Part shown: piece after piece, positions 11,505 through 24,389 of the stretch
Layout: every line of letters begins with the position of its first letter
Numbering within the stretch: position 1 is the stretch's first letter
Assembly: GCA_026770705.1 (NCBI GenBank)
Contig: JANJGN010000042.1
Span: 1,426,001-1,490,000 of the forward strand
DNA from: Isurus oxyrinchus
Lineage: Eukaryota
Length of the DNA: 64,000 nucleotides
Direction: 5' to 3'
Made by a program: the position numbers and the translations under genes
Notes under the pieces: generated by a model
What the model saw: the letters and a program-made list of their open reading frames with translations, nothing else
Databases searched by the model: none
Told to the model about the DNA's origin: nothing

Positions 11505-11816
11505 TTATTGTGGTGCATCATCCGACTGTTCTGCTCACCGTGAGCCCCAGTGAAGAAATCACAAGCAGCAGATTTGCAACCATCGTCTGTTCAATCATTG
11601 ATTTCCGTCCAAATTCAATCAAGGTGAAATGGCTGAAAAATGGACAAGCCATGGCCTCCGGCTTCGTCACCTCTCCCGGCTTTGAAGTGAACAGGAACTT
11701 CTCGGCGACCAGTCGGTTGACAGTCCCCGCTGGGGACTGGTTCAGTCACACGCTCTATACCTGCCAGGTCACTCATAAAAGGGTCACCCAAAGCCGAAAC
11801 ATCACCAAACCTGAGG
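11505..11816 (+). CDS. IGHM: IgM Cmu2 exon
   Basis: ttgcag| acceptor; [24 protein letters not shown]; donor G|GTAAGA. Confidence 0.95.
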
Positions 11817-12439
11817 GTAAGAGACACAACCCGAGCAGGTTCAAGGCCATTCTTGGTGTCAATCTCTTCCAAGCCAAGAAATATTTTGGAATGATTAAAC
11901 GTCAGCGATTGTGTCCCATTTGCCAACTTGCCCATTTGTGTTTCCTTCCAAAGGAAACAAGAACACACTAAAGAAATCCTTTCATTTATAAAGCGCCCTC
12001 CCCAGCATCAGATTTTCCCAAAACACTTAGCAGCCAATGAATGACCGTGGAAATGTGCTCATTGTGGTAAAGTAGAATATTCAGCAGCGATTTACTGCAC
12101 AACAGTCACCAAGACCCTGGGACATGATGCTGACAGGATTTATTTATTTATTTTTTGATTTCATTCTGTTTGTTCAGGTACACATGTTGTCCAGGAAATA
12201 GACACACTTCAGCTCAGCATTTCGAACGTTTTCTTTTCATTTTTATTTCAAATTTCCAGCAATATTTGGCTTCTGGAACTAAAGACCATTATTGGTTTTG
12301 CTGTTGGGGAGTTAAACTAACTCAGGAGGAGCGTGGGAACAACGAGAGAATTTCAGCATGTAATAGCATGAATTCTGGGAGAGGCAGCTAACTCTAAAAG
12401 AGGGAATAGTCAGTTAATAGGCGGAGTCAGGATAAGGGA

Positions 12440-14330
12440 GCAAACAATGAATTCTAAATTAGCGTTGCACTGCATGTATGTGCATGCATGGAAAATAGTT
12501 AATAAAATGTGGGAGTTACAGGCACAGATTGCCTTTTGGGATTATTATGATAGGGTGATAACGGAGACCTAATTTAAGGAAGGACAGAATTGGGTGATAC
12601 AAGATGTTCATAAAAGACAGGAAAGGACACAAACTGGAGGCGGGGTCGTGGTGGCGTTTTTGTTTAAGGAGAGTATTTCAGTACTGGCGAAAAATAATGT
12701 GTCAGGCGATTCAAGGACAGAACCAATTTGGCTGGAGCAAAGGAATAAGAATGGTGCAATTACATTGCTGGGTGTAATGTATAGACCGCAATAGCTAGTG
12801 GGAAGATGGAGAGGAGCAAGTAAATAACAGAGAGTTGTAAATATCATCGAGTAGTCATAACGGAGGGGGAAGGGTACATTACCCGAATACATACTGGGAT
12901 AGTAGTACTGTAAGGGGCAGTGAGGGAGCAGCATTCCTAGATCATATTCTGGAGAATTTCTGACACCAGTGTGTGTCCAGTGCAAGGAGAAAGGAGGCAC
13001 TGCTAGACCTGGTTCTTGGGAATGAGGTGGGCCAAGTAAAGAAACTGATAGGAGGGGAGCATTTAGGGGACAGTGATCATTGTATCATAAGGTTTAGGAT
13101 GACGGTGGAAAATGACATTGATCAATCCAGGGTAAGAGCAGCCAACTGGCAGAGAGCAGACTTCAATGGGGCAAGAATGGGCCTGGGCCTGATAGACTGG
13201 AACCAAAGGTTGGTGGGAAAAACAGTAGCTGAACATTGGGCTAACTTCAAAGAGAAGATGGTTTTGGCGCAGTCTAAGTATGTTCCCTCAAAAGAGAAGG
13301 GCAGGAGAAACAAGTCCAGAGCTCCCTGGATGGCAAAGGAGATAGAAATTAAGTTAAGGAAGAAAAGATGTCTTACAACAGGTGTCTGGTAGCAAATACA
13401 TTTGAGAACCAAGCTTAATTCAGAAGTTTCAGAAAGGATGTGTAAAAGCAAATACGAGAATCAAAGAGGGATTATGAAAAAAATACTGACAGCTAACATA
13501 AAAGGAAATCCCAAGGTATTCTATAAGCATATCAATCGTAAAAAGGTTGTAAAAGGAGGAATAGACCGATCAGGGATCAAAAAGGGGATTTACACATAGC
13601 GGCAAGAGGCATGGCTGAGGTGTTAAATGAATACTTTGCAGCTGTCTTTACCTACGAGGTAGATACTGCCCAGGTTATGGTGACAGAGGAGGAAACTCAG
13701 TCACTAGAAGGGTTTGAAATTGCTAAGGATGAGGTATTGCATCAGCTGTCGGCTCTTAAAGTGGATAAGTCTCCGGGACAGGGTGATATTCGTCTAAGAG
13801 TATTGAAGGAAGTGAGAGTGGAATTGCAGAGGCACTGACAATAATCTTTCAGCGTCCCCTGCATTTGGACGAGGTGTTAAAGGACTGGAGAATTGCAAAT
13901 ATTACGCCCTTGTTCAAAAAGTTTGTAAAGGTCTTCCCTGCAATTACAGACGATTCAGTTTAACTTCGGTGGTGGGGAAACTTCTAGAAACAATTATTCC
14001 GGATGGAATTAATATCATGTGGGATAATGTAGATTGATTAGGAAGAGTCATCATGGATTTATTAAAGGAAAATCCTGTATAACTAACTTGCTGGAGTTTA
14101 TTCAAGAGGTAGCAGAGATGGTTAATGAGGGCAAGGCCGTTGATATGGTCTATTTGGATTTCCAAAAGGCTTTCGACACAATGCCACACAACAGACCTGT
14201 GAGGAAAGTTATAGATGATGGACTTAAAGGGACAATAGCTAACTGGATAAATATTTATATATATAAATGATGTAGATCTTGGTTTGCAGGGGGCAATTTA
14301 AAGGATTGTGGAGGATGCAAAACTTGGGAG
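12440..14330 (+). mobile_element. CR1 LINE ORF2 remnant (APE endonuclease plus RT N-terminus) in the Cmu2-Cmu3 intron
   Basis: GGGV..IWLE..GVMYRP, LDLVLGN..LGDSDH, HGFIKGKSCITNLLEF..YLDFQKAFD; many frameshifts and stops. Confidence 0.9.
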
Positions 14331-15402
14331 AATTTGGAGAAAGGTGACGTCACACTGACAAAGCAGGCATTCCTGGGCCTTAACAGTTGATGTTGAAGTT
14401 GGTGCCTCCCACAATACAATACTCACCCAGTACTACATTGCTGGTATCAGCTACACTTGTGTTCAAACATCTGGAGTGGGGATTGAACCCATGTTCTTTC
14501 TGAATCAGAATCCCCCGTTGTTCAGGATTCCATTAGCTCACAAAACACGGTGACATTTTGTTCAAGAGTTGGACAGTGAGTGGGGAGTCAATGGTTTTAG
14601 TTTTACCCGAAATTGATTGTGAGTTGGATCGGTGTCTGCAGGCCTTTAGTGGTAATTGCCCACGACTTCAACTCTGACAAAGATGTGCACTTTATTTCTG
14701 CTGCTGTTTTCAGACTGAGCAGCGCTGACAGCAGTTTGCATAGTCTCGGCTGCATTTCTTTGAGTACAATAGTCTAATGAGTGATCGAATTGCGGTGTTT
14801 CAGTTAATTAATAAAGTGGGGAGAAAATGCTTAGTCCTCCAAATTAGAGATAGGAAACTAGTGAGGAAGCCGATTTTGGCAACATTTTCCTCACACTGTG
14901 AAATATTATCACTTTCATTTTCCCCAAGAATTTCTGAGGCTGGGAATCAATTGACATTTCAAAAAAAGAGATTAACATTTTTTTTTGAAAATGTTATCGC
15001 ACATGACAGAACGGGGAGGATAAATGGGGTTAAGGCACACATTATTCTTACAGAGAGACATAGAGAGTTGAATGGTCTCCTCCTGTGCTGTTAGCATCTA
15101 TCATTCTCTGATTCCTTGATTTCGGGACGAGTAATATTCTGTCTGTAAGACGATTGTACCTGAATTTATTCACATTGTTGGACCGGCATTTGGTTTAGTC
15201 ATTCCCACTGGTTCTGGCTGGAAATACACAGGGAATGTTATGGAGTCTCCCGGAATTATTGCAAGTCATTGACCTTCAAACAATGAAGGCGTTAACAGGG
15301 CAGGGGGAGATCAGGTAAATATTCCTGTCGTGAGAGTGAAAGCTGAATACCGGATTTCTGATTCTGATGATGTTTTGGTTGACATTCATTTCTGCTTCAC
15401 AG

Positions 15403-15708
15403 TTTCCGACTGCAACGACCCCGTAATTACTCTACAGCCGCCGCCAATAGCACAGGTCTTACTGGAGGCGACAGTGACCTTAACCTGTATCGTGAGTAAC
15501 GCCCCTTATGGAGTCCTCGTGTCCTGGACACAAGAACAGAAGCCTTTGAAATCAGAAATTGCTGTCCAGCCGGGAGAGGATCCTAACAGCGTGGTCAGCC
15601 ACCTGAACATCTCAACACAAGCCTGGCTGAGTGGGGCTGAGTTCTACTGCGTGGTCAGCCATCAGGATCTGCCGACTCCTTTAAGAAATTCCATCCACAA
15701 GGAAGAAC
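15403..15708 (+). CDS. IGHM: IgM Cmu3 exon
   Basis: cacag| acceptor; [29 protein letters not shown]; donor C|GTGAGT. Confidence 0.95.
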
Positions 15709-16206
15709 GTGAGTGCTGAGAATGAATCAATAAGTGAGCCAGTGTGCAAATTCCCAGTGTAAGTTTAAGAACCAATAATCAATGCACAATGTACTAATGA
15801 GCAAGTCTGATTGGCAATTTCACTAACTATAACCCCTTGGTCCGTAAATGATGCATTTAAGTAGTAAATTCATATTTAGGTGAATGAACAAGAAACTGTG
15901 CTGCAAGGTTTGATTATATAATGTGGGAGGAGCTTGGTGTGGAGTTCAGACACCAGTACAGAGCTGTTCGGCTGAATGGCCTGTTACTGTTACTGATGAA
16001 ACTTTCCAGTCCAATCCCGCATATTCTCAGAGTGAATGATTGCATCCACATCTGCTCCGATCTAGAAAGCCGCTCAGACCCCAAAGTGGAAAATGGAGAT
16101 CTTGAAAAGTCAAAACAAAACACATTTCTCTCACATCTAACCACTGGTGTGATTGTCCCTGGAATTCTCCAGTTTTTTTTTGACATTTATTGTAAATTTT
16201 TTGCAG

Positions 16207-16598
16207 CTAAATATCCGCGGGAACCGTCCGTCTCTGTCCTCCTGCCCCCGGCTGAAGATGTCTCCGCTCAGAGATTCATCTCCCTCAGCTGCTTAGTGAG
16301 AGGTTTCTCCCCCCGAGAGATCTTCGTCAAGTGGACCGTCAATGACAAGCCGGTGAATCCGGGGAACTACAAGAACACCAAGGTGATGGCGGAGAACGGC
16401 AATAACTCCTTCTTCATGTACAGCCTGTTATCCATTGCAGCGGAGGAGTGGGCCAGCGGCGCTTCTTACTCCTGTGTGGTGGGACATGAAGCCATTCCCT
16501 TGAAATTCATCAACAGAACGGTTGATAAATCCAGCGGTAAACCGAGTTTTGTGAACATTTCCCTTGCACTGATGGACACCGTTAATTCATGTCAATGA
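16207..16598 (+). CDS. IGHM: IgM Cmu4 exon plus secretory tailpiece ([20 protein letters not shown])
   Basis: ttgcag| acceptor; [19 protein letters not shown]; internal membrane-form donor G|GTAAAC at 16537; tailpiece with NIS sequon and penultimate Cys. Confidence 0.97.
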
Positions 16599-16634
16599 GA
16601 ATCTATCACTTACTTTTCGAACTTTAGTAGAAAT

Positions 16635-16640
16635 AATAAA
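16635..16640 (+). terminator. Secretory-form poly(A) signal
   Basis: AATAAA 37 nt after the tailpiece stop; a second AATAAA at 16809-16814. Confidence 0.7.
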
Positions 16641-17589
16641 GGATATTCCTCCAATTGTGAATTAAATACACAGCCACTTAATTAATTATTTTTTTCCAGT
16701 TTTGCTAATGTTAAGCCTGTTTAGTTGATGTCGGGAATTTACAGGTCTCAGACCCGAGTCTTGTGCAGTCCGTGCCCCCAGCTCAGATACACCCTGGGTT
16801 AGAGACAGAATAAAGCTCGTTCATTACAGAATTCTGTAAAGTTACTTCACCAACTTGCCCCTCGCTGAGGTGAATTCTGACCATTTCCCACTAGCACACA
16901 CAGTAGCAGCATTTAGATCCCATTGTTCCTGCTTCACTTTTCGTCCATCCATTCAAACTTCTACCAGCCGGATGTTGCCACATCGCACCCACTGGGAACT
17001 GAAGTGAGGGTCACAAGGGAAGGTGAAATCTATCTCGACTTAGCCAGCATAGAAATGGGGGAGGGCATTAGTTAACGCAATGCACCTGCACATCCCCAAC
17101 ACAGATAACCGGAGTGGAAATTGTTTAGCCAACGAGAGAGAGTGGAGAGGGGAACATTAACTCACTAACCTCCCAATCCCAGTCACAGAGGGTTTAGAAG
17201 TGAACAGCTGTCTATGATATGAGTTCAGATACAAGGCGGCTTCTAGCTTCCTGCACTCAGATTGTAATCTTCAATCATGGCAAACATATCATGGCAAATC
17301 ATGGCAAAGTGATGTTTTGAAATGATTTTCAATCTCTTGTTCTTGTAAATCACAAGTTGCCAATGATTTTTCATAATCCAAATCTGAACTGCTGTTTCCA
17401 TCCTTCCTGTTTTTCCGGTAATGTTTCTAATGTTTCTGGGGAACCTCTGTTTAATTGTTGCATTCTATCGCTTGATGTCACATTGAACCCCAAAGAAAAC
17501 ACATTCATACATAGAATGGCGATTGTGTTCTCCATCGATCATACCTTCACTGTCAGGCCACGTTATTGATGTTCAGTGATACAAGAAAC

Positions 17590-19022
17590 AACAACATAAT
17601 ACACACACACACTGACATAAGCTCATAAACACACACACACACACACGGACTCACATGCACACACAGAAGCACACACAAGCACGCGCACATACTCACACAC
17701 ACATTGACAGAAACAATGCAAGTGCGCGAGTACATAACAATACACACATAAACACACACATGCACACATACACACAGGCAAAGACAGACAGACACACACC
17801 CTGGCACAAGATCACACGCACACACAGACACACACACACACACACGCACACACATACACACACACATATACACATACAGACAAAGACAGGCTCACACACA
17901 CCCTGGCACAAGATTACCTACACACATGCACACTCACACACACAAAACAAAGACACACACACAATCTGACACCAGATCTCTCTCTTTCTCTCTCTCACAG
18001 ACAAATGCACACAGCGACACAGAGATACAAACACATGCATACACAACCAGTGATAGGAAAATGCACACACAATAGTACGTAAAACATACACACATACACA
18101 CACCCAAACACCCACACATACACACACACAGACAAAGACACTGTCACACACACCCTGGCAAAAGATCACAAACGGACTCACACACACACAACAAAGGCAC
18201 ACACCCCATCTGAAACCAGATCTCTCTCTCTGTCTCTCACAGACAAACACACACAGTGACACACACATGCACTGAAACCAAATTGCATACAAACACGTAC
18301 ACAAAGGCAGGCACACACACACAAACATGAACAAGCACACACATCCACATGAACACACACATACACACACACACGCACACACACACTCCCGCGTGCACTG
18401 GATCATGCTCACATGCTCGAACAAATCAACACAGAAGACATACACACATGCAGACAAAAACACGCAGACAGACACACACACATACACACACACACACACA
18501 TACATAAACAGGCAAACACATCCACACACAAACACGCACACACAACATTGGATCATGCCCGAACACATAAACAAAGGCTGACATAAACACAGTGAGAGAA
18601 AAGCACACGGACAGGCACAGATGCACATATAAGCACACACACACATACGCAAACAAGCACACACATCCCCACACACACACTAACATCCACACACACACAC
18701 AAACGCACACAGGCTTTGACACAGACATGCACACACAGACGCACTTACAGACACACAAACACATGCATATATGAACACGCATACAGTTATGCACAGATAT
18801 ACACACATTCGGGCACACATGCAGGCAGACAGATGCACACACACTAACACATCCACTGGATCATACACATATGCCCGAACAGATAAACACAGACTGGCAT
18901 TGACACAGACAGACAAAATTACACAGACAGACACAGAGGCACACACGCATGCATGCACATACACAGACACACACACAAACATACAAACATACATAAACAA
19001 GCACACACATTGACGCACACAC

Positions 19023-19061
<39 letters not shown>

Positions 19062-19863
19062 AACGCACTCTGATAGACACACACAAACACAGGCATGCGC
19101 ACACACACACACTCACACATGCATAAACGAGCATACATACAGACATACACCGACATACACACATTCGTGCACACACGCAGGCAGATAGACACACACACCC
19201 ACCCACTGGATCATGCACACTTGCCCGATCACATAAACACAGACTGACATTGACACAGACAGACAAAAGCACGCACCCAGACACAGAGGCATCACACACA
19301 CACACAAAAGCATATGTAAACAAGCACACACATCGCCATACACACACACACATTCACACACACACACATTCACACACACACATTCACGCACACACACATA
19401 CACAAACACACACACATTTGGATAGATACAAACCCACAGACATTGAAGCAGACATGCACACACACATGCACTTACAGACACACACACATACACACACACA
19501 CACACACACACATGCATACATGAGATCGCATACAGGCAAAACAGAGGTACACACATTCGAGCACACAAGCAGACAGGCAGACAGAGGCACACAGAAGCAC
19601 ACATACATCATAAAGAGAAACACACACTCACACACATCCAGACACAAGATCACACACACACATACGCAAACACACACACAATCACACAGGCATATACACA
19701 AACTCGCACACACATATTCACACAAACACACACACACACAAACACATGGACGCATACACACAAAAACAAATTGAGTCACACGATCAAAACACACAAACAC
19801 ACATGTAAACACACACCCACACACTGATAAAATACACACACAAACACACACACAGGCAGAAGA

Positions 19864-19907
<44 letters not shown>

Positions 19908-20197
19908 AAACATGCATAGGTACACAAAAACAAACACACAGGTTCGTGCGTAGGCACGGGAAAAGTGGCACACGTACACAAACACGTGCAAGCATGCATG
20001 GATACATAGGCAGGCATACATGCACACACACATACACATACATACACAAGCACAAGCATACATATACACACAAACCAGCACACAGACACATATACACATA
20101 GCCACACACACAAGCACACAAGAATGCACATGCAAACACAGACCCACACAATGATAAACATGCACAGGCATACACACACAAACAAACCCACACTCAC

Positions 20198-20245
<48 letters not shown>

Positions 20246-21200
20246 GAGTACACATATACATAGAAAATATGCAGACATGCAACTCACAGGAACACACAAC
20301 ACATATGCACAGATGCAACCTCACACTCAGAAATATACACTCACTCTCGACAAACAGACACACAGGCAGACACATTCACGCACAAGCAAGCACCTAAAAA
20401 TGCAGATATCCTCTCACACACATGCACACACAGTCACACACATGCAAACGGTTGTGAGCAAACACACAAACACACATGCATGGATGAACTCAACACACAC
20501 AATTACACATATACACAACCCCATAAACAGGCTCAGACAGGTCCTGTAAGTTTGTACATGAACATGTTCATTACTGTGCTTCAACGAGCACAACAATATA
20601 GAATTAAGGACACACTATCATGCACAATAGTGCACATGCATAGGCATTTGTACACACACATTAAAAATCGACAAACGGGTACACAGACAAATAGATGAAC
20701 AGACAGTAACATTTTCACAAACATAGTGCAAGAAACAACGATGAATACATCCACGCACTCACATTAAAACAAACATATATAAACACACGCTTTAGTAAAC
20801 ATAGATACGTAAATATACATTAAGACAAAGCTAGAAACATCCAAGAACACATAACGGCACGCCTCAACATACTCACACGCTCGTGGGGGCACAATCATTA
20901 ACATATCAAACATAGAACATAAAAAGGCACAATATCAGATATATTAACAGGCATGGACGTAAATAAACTCCTTAACACAGACATTAATAAGTGGACATAA
21001 ACATCAACGCATACAGACACATTAACAGACTGATACACATTCATTTACAAATGAACAAACATACACACAAAGGCGGGCCACACATAAATAAGCATATCAA
21101 CACTCATGCCACATGAACACACACATCAACGCTCATACAACAGGGCACACAAACACAGTTAAAGGCAGAGCAAGAGATACTCGTGCACATATACGCAAAT
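17590..21200 (+). repeat. ~3.5 kb CA-rich low-complexity/minisatellite tract
   Basis: (CA)n runs with recurring sub-units (cacaccctggcacaagatc, ctggatcatgc, acataaacaagcacacacat); source of all the VCVC/THTH ORFs. Confidence 0.95.
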
Positions 21201-21811
21201 ATTTAAAAAACACAAAGGCAAATGCCAGGCTAAAGACGAAAGTATATTTTAAATCTATTTTTTTAAAGGACACATCTTCCAAAAATTTCTAGGAGCACAT
21301 AAAGACCCAGGAGACAGGCTGAAGCAATGTTCTTAATCATAAACTGATTTAAGTTAATTATGTGCCAAACATTACCACCACAAATAAACAAACAAGATCA
21401 AAATTCACAAAAGATAGCTAACAGAGTTCAGAGTCTTGGAATTAATAGCTATCAGTACTTATCATTAAAATAATTGTGATCAATTAGCAAACCTCCTGCA
21501 ATTTCCACCATAATATAATCCAGTGATAGGTCGTACTAAATTCATCCAAAATAAACTGGCATCGAAGGAATAAAAACACATTTTCCAGTAGGGGCAGGAT
21601 GAGAAATGTAAAGTGAGAGCAGCTGTGGAGTTAGTAACAGACAGAGATTATTGAGAGTCACTTATTCATTAACAGATATGCATTGAAAACTTAATTACTG
21701 AACAGATCAAAAGCTTGAGGAAGATACAATAGAATTAATATATTAAAAAAACGGTAAGACACCCTCGATTAATAAGAATGCAATTAAAATTCCTCGGTTA
21801 TATCCCTGTAG

Positions 21812-21939
21812 ATTCCACAGACCGCATCTGGATTGAAGACAATGAGGACGATAACGGGAACATCCGGACAACCGCTTCCACATTCATTGTCCTGTTCTTC
21901 CTAAGCATTTTCTACAGCACTGCCGTCACTCTGGCGAAG
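21812..21939 (+). CDS. IGHM: IgM TM1 exon (DSTDRIWIEDNEDDNGNIRTTASTFIVLFFLSIFYSTAVTLAK)
   Basis: Acceptor ctgtag| in phase with the Cmu4 internal donor; CART-type TF..LF.LS..YS motif; donor AAG|GTGAGA. Confidence 0.93.
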
Positions 21940-22079
21940 GTGAGAAGATTCAATCCACTAACACTACAATCTGACAGAAGCGGTTTGAAAACTTTCTAAA
22001 TATTTGAACAATTAAAGACTATAACATAAATGCACCAGATCATAAACATCTGCTTCATTATTTTCTCCCTCTTTTACAG

Positions 22080-22088
22080 ATCAAGTGA
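22080..22088 (+). CDS. IGHM: IgM TM2 exon (IK*)
   Basis: Polypyrimidine tract, then ttacag|ATC AAG TGA, giving cytoplasmic tail KIK. Confidence 0.88.
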   Translation: MK

Positions 22089-22484
22089 TCGGTTGAACTT
22101 GGACCCCGTAGCTTTTCCTCAGCTGTTCATTAAATCTCTGTATTTCAATTTAAAATATGTTCTCTTAATGATCCCGAATCTGTGACCGAACCTCTAACAG
22201 TATTTCTGTGATCCTGTAAGAAATGTGCGAAATGGTAATGGTTGTAATGTAATTGTACCATCTAATTTCTCTGGAATTAGGATTTCAATTTTAATTAAAT
22301 AACTTTTCTCATTCCTTATTCACTATTGCCCCCTTCCCTTTCCGTTGAGCTGCTGTTTTCTTTTTCTGATCTATGTTCCAGTGGTACATACAGTTTACCA
22401 ACTCAGAGCGCATATGGACTCAGAGCGCATGTGTTCTGTTCCCAACGTGACTTCAGGAATTATATTCACTTCTGTTAACTTTAA

Positions 22485-22526
22485 AATAAACTTTCCTGTA
22501 AAATATTCTCTGAAATTACTAATAAA
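22485..22526 (+). terminator. Candidate membrane-form poly(A) signals
   Basis: AATAAA at 22485-22490 and 22521-22526, downstream of TM2. Confidence 0.55.
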
Positions 22527-23559
22527 TCTGGAATGAAAAGTGAACTAACTGTGACTTTGCTGAATTCCTTTCTCCAAGGCCCATCGACACTGCTCCATTT
22601 TCCCTATTGCACATTTCTCTCAGTTTTACCAGTCCTGTCTGGGATCTGTTTCCACCCATCGCCCCATCCGTGTAAGGAGACCTTTACCTCTGTTTCTGGC
22701 AATTGCCCGAGGCGGAATGAATGAACAGGGAGGGTCACCTCGGCGATTTCACTCTGGAGGGTCACAGTCACATGTCTGGCAATTCCAAACTGTAGGGTTC
22801 GGCTTCATCGGAGGCTGATATAGGACAGGAAATTGGAGCATAAAACGCCCTTTACAATGCCCCATCAAACACTCCCACGGTTGGTGCAGCCAGGATCAGG
22901 AACAGGGTAAAGATCCCTCTGCATTGTTGGATTAAACACTTTGAAGGTGGGGATGCCACAGGCTAGATATATGACACAGGCAGAATAAGGAGCACAAACC
23001 AATGGGTGTATCCAGGGACTGAAGCGTATCTGGCACTGATATATTATTAAGTACAACTCCTGCAAATTATTACAGAGCTTTAGGTCTCTTGGACATACCT
23101 GGGGGGACAAAACTGCGAAAATGCTCAAAGATGGGGTTCAATGTTATGCAGCAAGTAACCATAAACATGAGGCTTGTTCCCAGACTCTGGGGCCGATCGG
23201 ATACTGAGACACTGGCTTCGCATTTTCTGTTAAATACACAAACAGACATAGCCCACACCTCGCCCTGCCCCACCCCTTTCTGTTAAGCATATACACGTCC
23301 TTATTCCGGTAAACACGCATTGACTCTCCACTTCCACCTTTTCTGTTAAATCCATTAGTCCTGTCATTTTCCCTTATGCTTCGATAATGAATCGTATTCC
23401 TGATCAGCTCAGTCGTACTGATACTATCTCCCTGAACTCACTGAACATCACCCCAGGGATCCGTTCTCCCTGCTCCATTCCCTCTGATACCAATTTCCTG
23501 AACTCACTGAACATCACCCCAGGGGTAAACACAGAAAGCGCTGGAAAGCTCGGCAGGTC

Positions 23560-24075
23560 TGATAGCATCTCCAGTTATCTCCACTTGCCTGGGTGAGCGC
23601 GGTTCCAACAACACATTAGAAGTTCGACACCATCCAGCACAAAGTCGCTCAATTGTTGACAGCTCATCTACCAGCTTCACCATTCATTCCCTCCACCACC
23701 GCCGCACAGTAGCAGCAGTGTGTGCCAATTACTAGATGCACTGCAGGAACTCATCAAGGCTCCTTCGCTAGCACCTTTCACACCCACGACATCTACCATC
23801 TAGAAAGACAAGGGCAACAGATACATGGGAACACCACCACCTGGAATTTCCTTCAAGGGCACTCACCATTTTGACTTGGAAATGTATCGCTGCTCCTTCG
23901 CTGTCGCTGGGTCAAAATTATGGATCTCCCTTCCTAACAGCACTGTGTGTGTACTTGCACTACATGGACTGTAGCGGTTCAAGAAGGCAGCTCACCATCA
24001 CCTTCTCAAGGGCAATTACAGATGGGCAGAGAAATGTTGGACTCACCAACGAAGCCCACGTCCCTTGAAATAATA
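23560..24075 (+). mobile_element. LINE 3' fragment (same family as 50820-52158)
   Basis: Shared sequence cattcattccctccaccacc..agcagcagtgtg..aagggcaatta..; ends in an (ATA)n tail. Confidence 0.75.
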
Positions 24076-24389
24076 ATAAATAATTTTCTAACTGATCATT
24101 GGGAATAGAAAAGCCGATTCTTGGAAACAAAATGGACAGCCTGATATCACTTTGTAAACAATAGAAAACAACCCAATAGTTATTAATAAATAGTTGCAGT
24201 ATTAAACTATCTGCAATTAAAATGCAGGAACACTTTGGGATTTAACACATTCACTGAGGGCGGAGATGGGCTGAAGGTTATCACTGAAGTTAATGTAGGG
24301 GAATTATTCTTTATTCAGTTTTTTATTCAGAAAAGCGTTATTAGAAAATCGGAGATTTAAAGGAATGGGCAATTTCCCAGAGACAGAGA

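Larger units (their letters stand above)
3024..22088 (+). other. IGHM: Complete germline (unjoined) shark IgM heavy-chain cluster L-VH-D1-D2-JH-Cmu1-4-TM1-TM2
   Basis: All segments are present in order with 23/12-22/12-12/23 RSS, GT-AG junctions in compatible phases and no stops in any exon. This is the typical elasmobranch cluster organisation. Confidence 0.96.

Noticed and set aside
17553-20698. Many long ORFs rich in VC/TH dipeptides
   Set aside because: Translation artefacts of the CA/TG tract
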